This document shows, one piece after another, positions 27,797 to 39,476 of a stretch of DNA of 64,000 nt. The position numbers were made by a program, and so were the translations under genes. Positions within the stretch are counted from its first letter, which is position 1. Each line of letters opens with the position of its first letter. Origin of the DNA: an uncultured Bacilli bacterium (lineage in GTDB: Bacteria; Bacillota_I; Bacilli_A; RF39; UBA660); NCBI GenBank assembly GCA_947626095.1, contig CANQQV010000006.1, positions 21,643-85,642 on the forward strand, read 5' to 3'. A model generated the notes under the pieces. That model was not told the DNA's origin, made no database searches, and was given only the letters and a program-made list of their open reading frames with translations.

Positions 27797-29953
27797 TTAG
27801 GCTCCTCTTTTTTTGTCTAGTAATAGTTTGAAATCATCTTCATCAATACCAAAGTTGACAGTACGATATTCTTTTTTTGTGTCAACTGCTGTTAAGATTA
27901 AATGTGAACCAATTCTTATTTTTACTTTTGATTTACGTCCTTTAAATGAAGCTGTGGCATCGTCGTAATAGAAATGATCGCCTTCTAAGTCTTCAACAAG
28001 AATTTTACCTTCAATGCCATCAACTGTTTTAATATAAATACCACGACTATTAACATATGTAACGTTGGCTTCGAATTTTTCACCAATATGTTCAGACATA
28101 TATCTAATCATTTCAAAATGGTTAGCATCTCTTTCGGCTTGATCAGCATTACGTTCTTTACGTGTTATATGACGACATACTTTTTCCATATCGTCATATG
28201 CTACATCAACCAGTTGAATGTTGAAACGATTATCTCGTTGTTGTTTTAAATTGTGATGAGCAAGAAGGTCGGCTGCTCTTCTAATAGGACTTGTAAAGTG
28301 ACCATATTTAGGTAGAGCCAAACCAAAGTGTCCTTGATTTTGAACGTCGTATTTAGCTAATTTCATAGCTCTTAACATTATATTAGCAACGATGTTACGT
28401 TCATCAGCATTTTTAATTTGAGCTAGCATTTGTTGAATGACTTTACCATTTACAATGTCGTGTGATGATTTGACTTTAATACCACTACGACCAATTAAAT
28501 TAAAGGCTTCTTCAACATCTTCTTCATCTGGTTTTTCATGAATACGTAGTGGAGAAGGTAAGATCATGTAGTTAGCATAACATTCGCCAGCTAGTAACAT
28601 GAAGTTTTCAATAATTTTTTCAGCAGTTCTTTGAATACGTTGTTTAAATTCAACAGGCATACCGTTTTCATCAACTTCGATTTCGATATCGTTGTTACCA
28701 AAATCAACATAACCACGATTTCTTTTGGCTTTTTCTAATTTATTTGAAAGGCCTTGCATTAGAGTAAGATTGTCATAAAATTCTTCATAACCTTCAACTA
28801 GTTCGCCTTCTTCTAAAACTTTATTAACTTCTTCATAAGTCATGGCGCGACGAGAATTAATGACAGTATCAACAAAATCATAATTTATTATTTTACCTTC
28901 AGGTGTAAGTTCCATAATACAGCTTAAGCATAGACGGTCAACGTTAGGATTTAATGAGCAAATTCCGTTTGAGATGATATGGGGAAATTGCGGAATAACA
29001 GTATTGACCATGTAAACACTAGTACCTCTTTGAATTGCTTCATCCCATAGTTGCATACCAGGATGAATGTAATGTGTTACATCAGAAATATGAACTCCTA
29101 AGACATAGTTACCTTTTTCATTTATTTCTAAACTAACGGCATCATCACGATCTTTAGTTTTTTCACCATCAATAGTAAATACTAGTTTATCAGTTAAGTC
29201 TAAACGATCTTCTTTGTCTTTGTATCTAACTTCTTTTGGTAAAGCTTGAGCTTCTTCTAAAGCTTGTTCAGTAAAATCAATCGTAATATGATTTTCAACA
29301 GCAATCATCTTTAAATCAGCATCCGGATCATCTTTATGACCTAAGCCTTTAATAAAGCCAGCATAATATTTACCATTTGATAATTTATCAATTTTAACAA
29401 GTAAGCGATCACCTTCAACTAATGGTTTCATAGCAATACCATTAATAATAATTGGGTGGTCAATTTTAGCATTGTATGGTTTTAAAATCATTTCACCATC
29501 TTTAGTAGCTACTTCAACAATGACTAAACCATCTTTTCTTTTAATTATTTTATCTACACGACAAACAATATGACCATGATCCATTTTATTGGTTGGCCTT
29601 AATATTACAGTGTCACCATCTAAGGCATCATGTAAATCATTAGGTCTTACTTTATATTTGCCATAATCATCAGTTATAAAGCCTTCACCATGTTTGTTAA
29701 TATTTATTTCGCCCTGTACATAACCTAATTCACTTGGGAATGTGCGATACAATTTTTTTCTTTCATCAAAGTAAACGTCGCCACTAACAATTAGTTCTTC
29801 TAGAACTTCCATTAACATGTCGTTTTTGTAGCCTTTTCTAGCACACATTTCTTTTTTGATATCACGATAGCGATATTTTTTTGTTCTGTATTTAGGATTG
29901 TTGAAAAATTCCAGCAATTCGTTTTTTAATTTTATTCTTTTTTCATCCATCAT
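27797..29953 (-). CDS. rnr: Ribonuclease R (RNB family)
   Basis: Cold-shock domains, TIDGEKTKDRDDA, IENFMLLA, HFGLA..Y.HFTSPIRR, C-terminal S1. Confidence 0.92.
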   Translation of the reverse strand: MMDEKRIKLKNELLEFFNNPKYRTKKYRYRDIKKEMCARKGYKNDMLMEVLEELIVSGDVYFDERKKLYRTFPSELGYVQGEININKHGEGFITDDYGKYKVRPNDLHDALDGDTVILRPTNKMDHGHIVCRVDKIIKRKDGLVIVEVATKDGEMILKPYNAKIDHPIIINGIAMKPLVEGDRLLVKIDKLSNGKYYAGFIKGLGHKDDPDADLKMIAVENHITIDFTEQALEEAQALPKEVRYKDKEDRLDLTDKLVFTIDGEKTKDRDDAVSLEINEKGNYVLGVHISDVTHYIHPGMQLWDEAIQRGTSVYMVNTVIPQFPHIISNGICSLNPNVDRLCLSCIMELTPEGKIINYDFVDTVINSRRAMTYEEVNKVLEEGELVEGYEEFYDNLTLMQGLSNKLEKAKRNRGYVDFGNNDIEIEVDENGMPVEFKQRIQRTAEKIIENFMLLAGECYANYMILPSPLRIHEKPDEEDVEEAFNLIGRSGIKVKSSHDIVNGKVIQQMLAQIKNADERNIVANIMLRAMKLAKYDVQNQGHFGLALPKYGHFTSPIRRAADLLAHHNLKQQRDNRFNIQLVDVAYDDMEKVCRHITRKERNADQAERDANHFEMIRYMSEHIGEKFEANVTYVNSRGIYIKTVDGIEGKILVEDLEGDHFYYDDATASFKGRKSKVKIRIGSHLILTAVDTKKEYRTVNFGIDEDDFKLLLDKKRGA

Positions 29954-30079
29954 CTCAAACCCTCCAATTTAATTATTAACACATATATAAGATAATGTAA
30001 ATAAAATTACCTATATAAATTATTTATAATACTATAAGTAATTTAATATAAATAATTAAATTATGTTAAAATTAAAGAG

Positions 30080-32467
30080 GTGATAAGTATGTTTAATGAT
30101 AAACAAATTGTTATAACTAATGCAACTAATAAAATAAATTTATTAAAAAGTTTTAATGAAGAATTACTTAATATAAAAGTTTATACTTTAAGTGAATTTA
30201 ATAAATTATTTTATTTTGATTATGATGTTAAAACTTTGAATTATGTCATGACGAAATATCATGTTAAATATGAAATAGCTAAAATATATTTAGATAATAT
30301 TTTGTATGTTGAAGATAAAAGTTATAATAGTTTAAAATTAAATTTCTTATCAGGTTTAAAAAAAGAGTTAATGGATAATAATTTGTTAATTGTTAATAAG
30401 TTATTTAGAAGTAGTATTTGTAATAAAAGAATTGCTGTATGTAATTTAACTAAAACTAAAGAATTGGATAAATTAATTAAAGAGTTAGAAGTAAATAATG
30501 AAGTAAGTATATATAATCCTGAAGGACATAAATATATACATGAAATAAGAGAGTTAGAGACAATCGATAAAGAAGTAGAATATGTAGCTAATCAAATATG
30601 TGATTTAGTAAAAAAGGGAATAGATATCAAGCATATTTTTATAACTAATTTAGATAATGAATATCGTAAGTTAATAAGAAGAATTTTTCCGATGTTTAAT
30701 ATACCTTATGTCGTATGTGATAATGAAACGATATATGGAACTTTTTTGTGTTCGAAGTTTTTAGAATTATATAGTGATGATCTTAAAGAGACGATAGAAA
30801 AATTAAAAGAATATGTTGTAAATAGTGATACAGAAAATATTTATAATACGATTATTAAGATTATAAATAAGTATGTAGAAGTGGATAATGAAATAAGCAA
30901 AAAAGAAATGATTGTTTATGATTTAAAACATTCTAGTTTAATAAAAGAAGAAATAGTTGAGGCAGTATTAGAAGTTGATTTAAATGATTATTTATTTAGT
31001 GATGATGACTATGTTTTTTGTTTAGCATTTAATCAAGGAGTTATACCAAAGATATATAAAGATGAAAGATATTTAACAGATAAAGAAAGAAAAGAATTAG
31101 GTATATCTTTAACGGTTGATAGTAATAAACAAGAAGTAGAAGAAATTGTTAAGACATTAGCAAATATTAAGAATTTGTTTATTAGTTATAAATTAAATAG
31201 TGATGGGGAAGATTATGTAATTTCTAGTTTAAATGAAAGACTAAATTATGAAGTTATAAAAAATGATGAGATAGAATTAAATAATTCTAATTTATATAAT
31301 GAATTAAAGTTAGCAATGTGTTTAGATGAATATTACAAGTATGGTACTACTTCTAAGTTACTCACAACTTTAAATAGTTCTTATGAAATACCATATAATA
31401 CGTATAGTAATGAGTTTAAAGAAATAGATAATGATAGTTTTAAAAAATATATTAATAATAAAATAACTTTATCTTATAGTAGTTTAGATAAGTATTATAG
31501 ATGTCCTTTTAGTTATTATGTTGGTAATATACTAAAATTAAATATTTATGAAGAAACTTTCTTTCAATTAGTAGGTACTTTATTTCATAGTATTCTAGAA
31601 AAGAATCTTAATAGTAATTTAAGTTATGATGAATTATGGGAACAGGAAGTAAATAATTTAAATCATGAATTTAATAGTAAAGAAAAATTTTTCTTAGTTA
31701 AGTTAAAAGAAGAATTAAAGTTTATTTTAGAAGTTATTAAAAATCAAGAAAACTATACTAATTTACATGATGAATTACATGAAGAAAGAATAGTAACTAA
31801 TATTGCTGGGAATATCGAAGTTAAGTTTACAGGAATTATCGATAAAATTAAGTATGAGAAAAAAGATAATGAAACGATTGTGGCAATTATTGATTATAAG
31901 ACAGGTAATCCTAATTTAGATTTAACAACTATTCCTTATGGGATTGGGATGCAATTACCAGTTTATCTTTATTTGGCCAAACAATCTAAGAAATTAGAAA
32001 ATATTAAAGTAGCAGGATTCTATTTACAAAAGATATTAAATAATGAAGTTGCTGTGGATAAGTCTAAGAGTTATGAACAGTTAAAGAAGCATAATTTGTT
32101 ATTACAAGGATTTTCTAATGAAAGACAAGATATTTTAAGTGAGTTTGATAAGACGTTTGAAGATAGTAATATGATAAAAAGTATGAAGGTCTTAAAAGAT
32201 GGTTCTTTTGCCAGATATACTAAAGTATTATCAGATGAACAAATGAATAAGTTAATAGATATAACTGAAGATAAGATTAATAAGGGGGCTTTAGAAATTG
32301 AAAAGGGAAACTTTGTTATTGCACCGAAGAAGATAGATAAAGAAAATTATGGTTGTAAGTATTGTGAATATAAAGATATATGTTTTCATACGGAAAAAGA
32401 CATGGTGGAATTAATTCCTTTACAAATAGAAGATGTAATAGGAGGTGAAGATAATGAATTGGACTAA
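30080..32467 (+). CDS. addB: AddB/RexB-like PD-(D/E)xK nuclease subunit
   Basis: SYSSLDKYYRCPF, GIIDK, IIDYKTG, QLPVY, CKYCEYKDIC Fe-S cysteines; overlaps addA. Confidence 0.8.
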   Translation: MISMFNDKQIVITNATNKINLLKSFNEELLNIKVYTLSEFNKLFYFDYDVKTLNYVMTKYHVKYEIAKIYLDNILYVEDKSYNSLKLNFLSGLKKELMDNNLLIVNKLFRSSICNKRIAVCNLTKTKELDKLIKELEVNNEVSIYNPEGHKYIHEIRELETIDKEVEYVANQICDLVKKGIDIKHIFITNLDNEYRKLIRRIFPMFNIPYVVCDNETIYGTFLCSKFLELYSDDLKETIEKLKEYVVNSDTENIYNTIIKIINKYVEVDNEISKKEMIVYDLKHSSLIKEEIVEAVLEVDLNDYLFSDDDYVFCLAFNQGVIPKIYKDERYLTDKERKELGISLTVDSNKQEVEEIVKTLANIKNLFISYKLNSDGEDYVISSLNERLNYEVIKNDEIELNNSNLYNELKLAMCLDEYYKYGTTSKLLTTLNSSYEIPYNTYSNEFKEIDNDSFKKYINNKITLSYSSLDKYYRCPFSYYVGNILKLNIYEETFFQLVGTLFHSILEKNLNSNLSYDELWEQEVNNLNHEFNSKEKFFLVKLKEELKFILEVIKNQENYTNLHDELHEERIVTNIAGNIEVKFTGIIDKIKYEKKDNETIVAIIDYKTGNPNLDLTTIPYGIGMQLPVYLYLAKQSKKLENIKVAGFYLQKILNNEVAVDKSKSYEQLKKHNLLLQGFSNERQDILSEFDKTFEDSNMIKSMKVLKDGSFARYTKVLSDEQMNKLIDITEDKINKGALEIEKGNFVIAPKKIDKENYGCKYCEYKDICFHTEKDMVELIPLQIEDVIGGEDNELD

Positions 32468-35400
32468 TGAACAATTAGAAGCGATTAATAAGTCAGGAAC
32501 CAATATTATTGTTTCAGCGGGAGCTGGTAGTGGTAAGACAGCAGTATTAACAGCTAGAGTTATGCGTATTTTAAAAGAAGGTACACATATTGATGAATTA
32601 TTAATTTTAACCTTTACTAAAGCTGCAGCTAAAGAAATGAAAGAACGTATTAGAAAAAAAATTAAAGGTGATGAAACGTTAAAACCAGAATTAGATTTAA
32701 TTGATCAGGCGTATATTACAACCTTTGATTCTTATGCGTTATCAGTTGTTAAAAAATATCATTATCTTCTTAATATATCTAATGATATTAAGATATCTGA
32801 TGCTTCTATTATTAATATGCAAAAAGTTAAATTAATGGATCAAGTCTTTGATAAATATTATGAACAACCAACGAAAGAATTTACGAAATTAATTTATGAT
32901 TTTTGTACAAAAGATGATGCTAGTTTAAAAAATTGTTTATTAAATATTGCAACGAAAATAGATGGTTTAACAAATAGAGATGAGTATATAGCTGATTACT
33001 TTAATAATTATTATAGTGATAGTTTTATAAGTAAAATTTTAGATGAGTATGTTAGTTATTTAAAAGATAATGTGAAGATAATTAAATCATTAGCTAAGAG
33101 ATTAGCGTTTGTAACTGATGGTGATTATGTTACGAAGTTAGATGAAGCACTAAGTGAATTAGATAATTGTGAGACCATTGATGACTTTTATTTAAAAGTT
33201 CCTTTAATTAAGTTACCAATGTTACCTAGAGGTAGTGAAGAAGAAGTTAAAGCGTTAAAAGAGAGCTTAAGCTTAGCTTTAACAGAGTTTAAAAAGATAA
33301 TTACGGAATATGGTAGAGAAGAAGATATTTATCAAACGTTAGATATTATGAAAGATTATTTAGTCATAATATTAGATATCGTAAAAGACTTTTTAGAGTC
33401 TTTACATCAATATAAACAAGATAATGAAATATATGATTTTCAAGATATTGCCATGTTATCAATTAAAATATTAGAAGAACATTCAGAAGTACGAGAAGAG
33501 ATAAGAGATTCGTTTAAAGAGATAATGATAGATGAGTATCAAGATACTAATGATATACAAGAAAAGTTTATTTCGTTAATAATGAATAATAATGTTTATA
33601 TGGTAGGAGATATTAAACAAAGTATTTATCGTTTTAGAAATGCTAATCCGCAGATATTTAAAAATAAATATGATAAGTATGCAAAGAATGATAATGGTAT
33701 AAAGATTGACTTAGTACAAAATTTTAGATCAAGAAATGAAGTATTAGATAATATTAATGAAGTCTTTAAACTTATTATGGATAATGTGATTGGGGGAGCT
33801 GAATATCACGAATCACATCAAATGGTATTTGGAAATAAAGATTATATTAATAAAGGTAATACGGGATATGAATATAATTTCGAAATAAGAGAGTATGATA
33901 ATCCAAAAGGAAATAAATATAGTAATAATGAAATAGAGATATTTGCAATAGCTCAAGATATAAAAGAAAAAGTAAATAGTAGATATCAAGTATTTGATAA
34001 AGACTTAGGAGCTTTAAGAGATATTAAGTATAGTGACTTTGTAATATTAATGGATCGTAGTACTAGTTTTGATTTATATAAAAAAGTATTTGAGTATTTA
34101 GGAATACCATTAAGTATATATAAAGATAGTAAGTTAAATGATTCTGATGATATCTTTATTTTAAAAAATATTATTAATTTAATAGTTAAGATAGCTAATA
34201 ATGAGTTAGATCAAGAATTTAAGTATGCTTATACATCAATTGCTCGTAGTTATTTATTTGAAATAGATGATAATGAGATATTTAAGACTTTTATGAATGA
34301 TAGCTTTAAAGATAGTGTTATTTATAATACTTTTAAGGATTTAGCTAATAGTTTAAGTAGTGAAACAGTCACTTCATTATTAAATAAGATTATTGAAGTA
34401 ACTAAGATGTATGAAAAGTTTATTAAAGTAGGAAACGTAGAAGAAGCATTAGTACGTATTTCTAAGTTATTAGATATAGCTGATAATTTAGGTTCTTTAG
34501 GATATAATGTTTTTACTTTTAGAGATTATTTAAATGAATTATTAGATAGTGAAGAAGAAATGAAGTATAAGACAAGTAGAAGTGATAGTAATTCAGTTAA
34601 GATAATGACGATTCATACTTCGAAAGGCTTAGAATATAATATTTGTTATTATAGTGGTTTAAGTAAAGAATTTAATATTAGAGATTTAAATGAACGTTTT
34701 ATGTATGATAATAGATATGGTATTATAACTCCTTATTTTAATGAAGGTATTGGAGAGTCTTTTATTAAGAGATTAGTAAAATACCATTATTTAGAAGATG
34801 AAATATCTGAAAGAATAAGACTATTTTATGTTGCTTTAACAAGAGCGAGAGAAAAGATGATATTATTTACACCAAAGAAAGATGAAGTAGTTAATGATTT
34901 AGAAAAAAATAAAACAATTGATTTAAATGTAAGACGAAGATATAAATCATTTAGTAAGATTTTAGATTCAGTTAAATATAAAATAAATAAGTATTATAAA
35001 GAGATAGATATTGATAGTTTAAACTTAACAAAAGATTATTTATATAATGTTTCAGCGTTAGATAAGTTAATTAGTAATGAAGAAAAGATTAAGGTTGAAG
35101 AGATAGAAGTAATTAGTAATAAGGTATTAAAACAAGAACATTTTTCAAAGAACTTACATGAATTAATTGATTTAGAAACAAAAAAGAATATGGAATTTGG
35201 AACATTAGTTCATGAAACGTTAGAATATATTGATTTTGTAAAACCTAATTATGAATTAATTGAAAATCATTTTATTAGAAATAAAGTAGAGAAGTTCTTA
35301 AGTAATCCATTACTATTACAGAGAGATAAAGCGAAAATATATAAAGAACATGAATTTATTTATAGTGATGAAATTAGTGAGTATCATGGTATAATAGATT

Positions 35401-35576
35401 TAATGTTAGAATATGATGATAAAATAGATATTATAGATTATAAATTAAATAATATTAAAGATGATAATTATTTAAAACAATTAGAAGGATATAGAACATA
35501 TATAAGAAAGATAAGTAATAAAGAAGTAAATATTTATTTATATAGTATAATTAGTGAAACATTAGAAAAATTATAA
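32454..35576 (+). CDS. addA: AddA/RexA UvrD-family helicase-nuclease
   Basis: AGAGSGKT, TFTKAAA, DEYQD, VGDIKQSIYRFR, MTIHTSKGLE, YVALTRA, GIIDL..IIDYK; start set at MNWTNEQ. Confidence 0.9.
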   Translation: MNWTNEQLEAINKSGTNIIVSAGAGSGKTAVLTARVMRILKEGTHIDELLILTFTKAAAKEMKERIRKKIKGDETLKPELDLIDQAYITTFDSYALSVVKKYHYLLNISNDIKISDASIINMQKVKLMDQVFDKYYEQPTKEFTKLIYDFCTKDDASLKNCLLNIATKIDGLTNRDEYIADYFNNYYSDSFISKILDEYVSYLKDNVKIIKSLAKRLAFVTDGDYVTKLDEALSELDNCETIDDFYLKVPLIKLPMLPRGSEEEVKALKESLSLALTEFKKIITEYGREEDIYQTLDIMKDYLVIILDIVKDFLESLHQYKQDNEIYDFQDIAMLSIKILEEHSEVREEIRDSFKEIMIDEYQDTNDIQEKFISLIMNNNVYMVGDIKQSIYRFRNANPQIFKNKYDKYAKNDNGIKIDLVQNFRSRNEVLDNINEVFKLIMDNVIGGAEYHESHQMVFGNKDYINKGNTGYEYNFEIREYDNPKGNKYSNNEIEIFAIAQDIKEKVNSRYQVFDKDLGALRDIKYSDFVILMDRSTSFDLYKKVFEYLGIPLSIYKDSKLNDSDDIFILKNIINLIVKIANNELDQEFKYAYTSIARSYLFEIDDNEIFKTFMNDSFKDSVIYNTFKDLANSLSSETVTSLLNKIIEVTKMYEKFIKVGNVEEALVRISKLLDIADNLGSLGYNVFTFRDYLNELLDSEEEMKYKTSRSDSNSVKIMTIHTSKGLEYNICYYSGLSKEFNIRDLNERFMYDNRYGIITPYFNEGIGESFIKRLVKYHYLEDEISERIRLFYVALTRAREKMILFTPKKDEVVNDLEKNKTIDLNVRRRYKSFSKILDSVKYKINKYYKEIDIDSLNLTKDYLYNVSALDKLISNEEKIKVEEIEVISNKVLKQEHFSKNLHELIDLETKKNMEFGTLVHETLEYIDFVKPNYELIENHFIRNKVEKFLSNPLLLQRDKAKIYKEHEFIYSDEISEYHGIIDLMLEYDDKIDIIDYKLNNIKDDNYLKQLEGYRTYIRKISNKEVNIYLYSIISETLEKL

Positions 35577-35591
35577 AAAGGTGGAAAAAAG

Positions 35592-37235
35592 ATGATAGAA
35601 AGTAAGAAAGTAAAAAAGCAAATATTGGTAATGATTGATGCTTTAATCGACATCATTAATAAGCCGTCTTTAGTTGTGAGTAAAAGTCCTTATTTTTATC
35701 ATCATAAATTTAAATGTAATTTTATTATTCATATGTATATCTTTAAATTATTAATTAATAATAAAGAATACTTAGAAACGAAATATAATGAGTATATTTC
35801 TAAATATCCAAAGAAAGTATATTATAGTATTACTAATATAACTAATATTGAGTATGTTAAAGAGTTAGATTTACTTTATCAAATAAAAGATAAGGTAACT
35901 TTAGATAGTTATCAAGTTAATTTAGAGGAAGAAAGAATATATTTTAAAGATAAGACATATGTAGATTATAAGTGGTTCTTAGCTTTTCTTTCAATGTTAT
36001 TAGATAATAGTAAAAATGATGAATATAAAGAAATAAATATTTGTTATACAATAGCGAATAAAGATATAGGAAAAGTTAAAGATAAGAAAGATCTTAATAA
36101 ATTCTTAGAAAATTTTATCTATTATAAAGTAAAGATAAAGCATGTTAATCAAAATAAAGTAGTTAAAGAAAATGATATTTTAATTGTTAAAAATACAGCA
36201 ATTAATTATTTAAAACATTTAAAACAATATAAACATGGGCTAGAAAGTGAAGAATCATATTTAATTTTCTATAACCTATTAAAGAAAGAATGTCATAAAG
36301 AGGGATTTATATTAGCAGAAGAAGAAATGAATCTTTTAGATATTCCTTATAGTGAGTTAAATAAGATAAAAGAATTAATTGATAATAGTTTTTATAATAA
36401 TTCTTTAAATAAACAAGTTCATGTAATTGAAAGTGCGGTATGGCAGTTAAGTAATGATATTTCTTTATTGGAACATATGAACTCAGCTATTGATAGTTTA
36501 GTTGATTTATTAACAATAATAAGAATAGAAAACTATAAAACGTATGAAATGATAAGAAAAGAATATGGTTTAGATGATATAAGAATATTACTTATTTTGA
36601 TTGTTAATAAAAATTTACTTACTTATTTAAATGAAGATAGTATTGATTATAGTTTGCTAGATTTAAATAATGTTAAACCTAAATATATGAATAATATATG
36701 TGAAACTAATGAGGCATTAATTAAAGAACGTTTAAAAAGTTTAAATATGGAATTACAATCAGTTAAAAGAGATTTAGATGTTTATAAGAAAGAACGTAAT
36801 GATTTAAATAAAAAAGAATTAGATAAGGATAAATATCAAAAAGAACTAGAATTATGTGTTGGTAAGATAAATAGAGCGAGTATTGTAATAGGTAAATTAA
36901 ATTCAATGATATCTTCATTATCGAAAGAATATGAAGAAGAAAGAAAAAAAGTAATTAATAAGTATCATAGTTTAGATATGTATAATACTAATTATTCAAT
37001 TATTAAACATATTTATAATGCAATAATGGCATGTAGTTATTATATAAAGACTAATAATGCTAATATTTTAAATAATATAATTGTTTTTGAAGATTATGAG
37101 AAAACAGAAAATTCATTTTATTTAGAGATAACCTTAAGAGAGTTACTAAAAATTAGTAATCAAAATGTTTTAAATGGAATTAAAGAACAAGAGTTATTAC
37201 CTAAGTTAGCACAGGAGGTAGGAGATGAAAGTTAA
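35592..37235 (+). CDS. Hypothetical coiled-coil protein, possible degenerate twin-HEPN architecture
   Basis: Long ORF with late coiled coil; layout parallels 41405-42946. Confidence 0.7.
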   Translation: MIESKKVKKQILVMIDALIDIINKPSLVVSKSPYFYHHKFKCNFIIHMYIFKLLINNKEYLETKYNEYISKYPKKVYYSITNITNIEYVKELDLLYQIKDKVTLDSYQVNLEEERIYFKDKTYVDYKWFLAFLSMLLDNSKNDEYKEINICYTIANKDIGKVKDKKDLNKFLENFIYYKVKIKHVNQNKVVKENDILIVKNTAINYLKHLKQYKHGLESEESYLIFYNLLKKECHKEGFILAEEEMNLLDIPYSELNKIKELIDNSFYNNSLNKQVHVIESAVWQLSNDISLLEHMNSAIDSLVDLLTIIRIENYKTYEMIRKEYGLDDIRILLILIVNKNLLTYLNEDSIDYSLLDLNNVKPKYMNNICETNEALIKERLKSLNMELQSVKRDLDVYKKERNDLNKKELDKDKYQKELELCVGKINRASIVIGKLNSMISSLSKEYEEERKKVINKYHSLDMYNTNYSIIKHIYNAIMACSYYIKTNNANILNNIIVFEDYEKTENSFYLEITLRELLKISNQNVLNGIKEQELLPKLAQEVGDES

Positions 37236-37671
37236 AAAATATATCTTACCGGTTGTAAATATTTTAATATCAGTATTGGGGATTATTTCATTGTTTGTGT
37301 TTAAGATGAGTGAATATGTTGTTTATATTATGATGATGACGGCGATGATTGGATGGATAATAACTTATCTGGTTCCTTTTATTACAGGAATTGCTTTATT
37401 AAATAAATCACATTATAAAAGGGCTTTAGTTTTAAATGTTGCTAGTTTGATAATGGGAATTTTTATAATTGTGATGATTGCGATTTTATATGATAAACAT
37501 TTTTTATTTATGTTAGTAGCTTATATTGTTATAGTAGTAATTAATATTGTTAATATAATATATATTAGTAGAATTCTAAAAAAAGATTATGATAAAAATA
37601 AAAGTAAGAGAAAGAAAGAAAAAGATAAATTAAAAAAGATGAAGGAAGAGAATAATGGTGCAATCTTATAA
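37225..37671 (+). CDS. Four-TM membrane protein
   Basis: Hydrophobic segments; SD GGAGGT. Confidence 0.75.
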   Translation: MKVKKYILPVVNILISVLGIISLFVFKMSEYVVYIMMMTAMIGWIITYLVPFITGIALLNKSHYKRALVLNVASLIMGIFIIVMIAILYDKHFLFMLVAYIVIVVINIVNIIYISRILKKDYDKNKSKRKKEKDKLKKMKEENNGAIL

Positions 37672-38194
37672 AAAGAAAACAAAAGTAAAAGAAGCTAAGG
37701 TAGATAAAGAAAAAGTAAAATTAAAAGATGCGTTAAAAAAACATAAGAGTATTTTGATAATTATAGTAATCGTAATTATCTTAATGTCTGGTAGTGGAAT
37801 TGGTATATGGTTTAAAGAATATAATGAACCAGTAAATAGATTAAAGAGATATTTAGTTAATAATAAATATGATTGTGGTAATAGTACATGTCGTAAAGAG
37901 AAAGATAATATAACATATACAATTAGTTTTAAAAATGATAGTTACCAAGTGTCAAATGATGTTTATACTTTGAATATATCACGTAAAACACCATATATTG
38001 TTCTTAAAGGAAGTACTAAAACTTGTGCTTATGAAAAAGAAGATTATGAACCTTTAGAACTGATTGATGATGAATTTACTTATGATAAAGATTGTGCCAG
38101 ATACATTGATGATATTAATGAGAGTATAAAGAAATATCATAGTATTTTAAATAATGCTAAAGTAGATATAGATGATTTAGTAAGTAAAAAATAA
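37655..38194 (+). CDS. Membrane-anchored hypothetical protein
   Basis: Basic N-terminus, single TM, four Cys in the ectodomain. Confidence 0.75.
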   Translation: MVQSYKKKTKVKEAKVDKEKVKLKDALKKHKSILIIIVIVIILMSGSGIGIWFKEYNEPVNRLKRYLVNNKYDCGNSTCRKEKDNITYTISFKNDSYQVSNDVYTLNISRKTPYIVLKGSTKTCAYEKEDYEPLELIDDEFTYDKDCARYIDDINESIKKYHSILNNAKVDIDDLVSKK

Positions 38195-38220
38195 TGGAGA
38201 TGTTTTCTCCATTATTTTGT

Positions 38221-38952
38221 TTATTGTAATATACAATCTGCTAGTTCATAAGTTCCTTTAAGAGAACAAGTTATTTTAACATTATCATTCCCGGTTAGAT
38301 TAAAAGAATCACGCCAGTTGATAAGGAAATAGTTACCAGGATAATTATTATTTTGATAAGTTGTTTTACTATCAAATAATTTGTAGGTATCATTATCAGT
38401 AATCATATAACCAGAAATAGTAAAGGTTGTTTTACTAAGTAGGGTAATATTATTATATAAATCGTTAAAAGATATTTCAGTAACATTTTTAAAGTTAATT
38501 GGGGTTTGATCAATAGTACTTAGTTTAAGTTGACCATTACTTAGATCAATGTTACCGACAAAATATATTGTTGTTCCTTTTTTTAGATTGATGTTTTGAC
38601 TAATTATAGCTTCTAAAGTATTAGAACTATCTTTGTCTTCACTAATAGTAAGAGTCGTTTCTTCTTTATTAGCTTTAATTGTTTTAATGTAACCACTACT
38701 CATATACCATATACCACTTTTTTTAGTTGTATAGTTAAGAAGATAGCCGGTAGTAATACGAATATCAGTACCTAGTTTAGCGTCAATACTAGGAACATTA
38801 TTAGCGTCGCTAACATCAATTGGATTGGTTTCTTCTTTTTTCTCATCTTTAGGAATAATCTTGTTCCAAACAAAGACACTGGATACCATGATAATTAGAA
38901 GAATAATAAAAATTATTTGAGCTTTATATTTAGTTATTTTTATAATAATCAC
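38221..38952 (-). CDS. Membrane-anchored hypothetical protein
   Basis: N-terminal TM followed by a beta-rich domain. Confidence 0.7.
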   Translation of the reverse strand: MIIIKITKYKAQIIFIILLIIMVSSVFVWNKIIPKDEKKEETNPIDVSDANNVPSIDAKLGTDIRITTGYLLNYTTKKSGIWYMSSGYIKTIKANKEETTLTISEDKDSSNTLEAIISQNINLKKGTTIYFVGNIDLSNGQLKLSTIDQTPINFKNVTEISFNDLYNNITLLSKTTFTISGYMITDNDTYKLFDSKTTYQNNNYPGNYFLINWRDSFNLTGNDNVKITCSLKGTYELADCILQ

Positions 38953-39057
38953 CTCATTTAAGCTTATTATATAATAGATATTCGGAAAGAGGTATATTTT
39001 TTCAAACTAGTAAATTAAAGAAAAAAGATGTATGATGGAAAAGACGGAGGAATTTAA

Positions 39058-39462
39058 ATGACAAAAAAGAATAAATATCAAGAAATAATTGATTTTGTAG
39101 AAAATAAGACAGGATTTATTAAATATAATAAGATGCATATAGTAGAATTGGATGATTGTTATGCGAAGATGGAAGCGTTAATTGATGAAAATTCATTAAA
39201 CCCTAATGGAACAGTCCATGGTGGTTTATTATTTGGTCTTGCTGATACCGTAATGGGAATGGCGGCGCGAACGACAGGAAGAAACTTAGTAACTATTAAT
39301 TCGCAAATAGATTATTTAAAGATGGCTAAGGGCAAGAAAATTATAGCAACAGCAGAGAAACTAAAAGTTGGTAAGACAACAGCGGTTTTTAGATGTAATA
39401 TGTATGATGAAAAGGATGTTTTAGTAGCAACAGCGACTGGTACTTATTTCTTTATTGATTAA
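39058..39462 (+). CDS. PaaI-family hotdog thioesterase
   Basis: NPNGTVHGGLLFGLADT motif. Confidence 0.9.
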   Translation: MTKKNKYQEIIDFVENKTGFIKYNKMHIVELDDCYAKMEALIDENSLNPNGTVHGGLLFGLADTVMGMAARTTGRNLVTINSQIDYLKMAKGKKIIATAEKLKVGKTTAVFRCNMYDEKDVLVATATGTYFFID

Positions 39463-39476
39463 ATAGTTCGTTAGAA

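Noticed and set aside
30044-30071. Possible dif site (TTATGTTAAA XerD-like arm)
   Set aside because: No matching XerC arm at the correct spacing; better explained as an extended -10 (TGtTAAAAT) for addB.
30080-35576. AddB/AddA pair as a Cas4 or novel defence helicase-nuclease system
   Set aside because: Order, size and motifs match the housekeeping AddAB recombination complex; no cas genes or array nearby.
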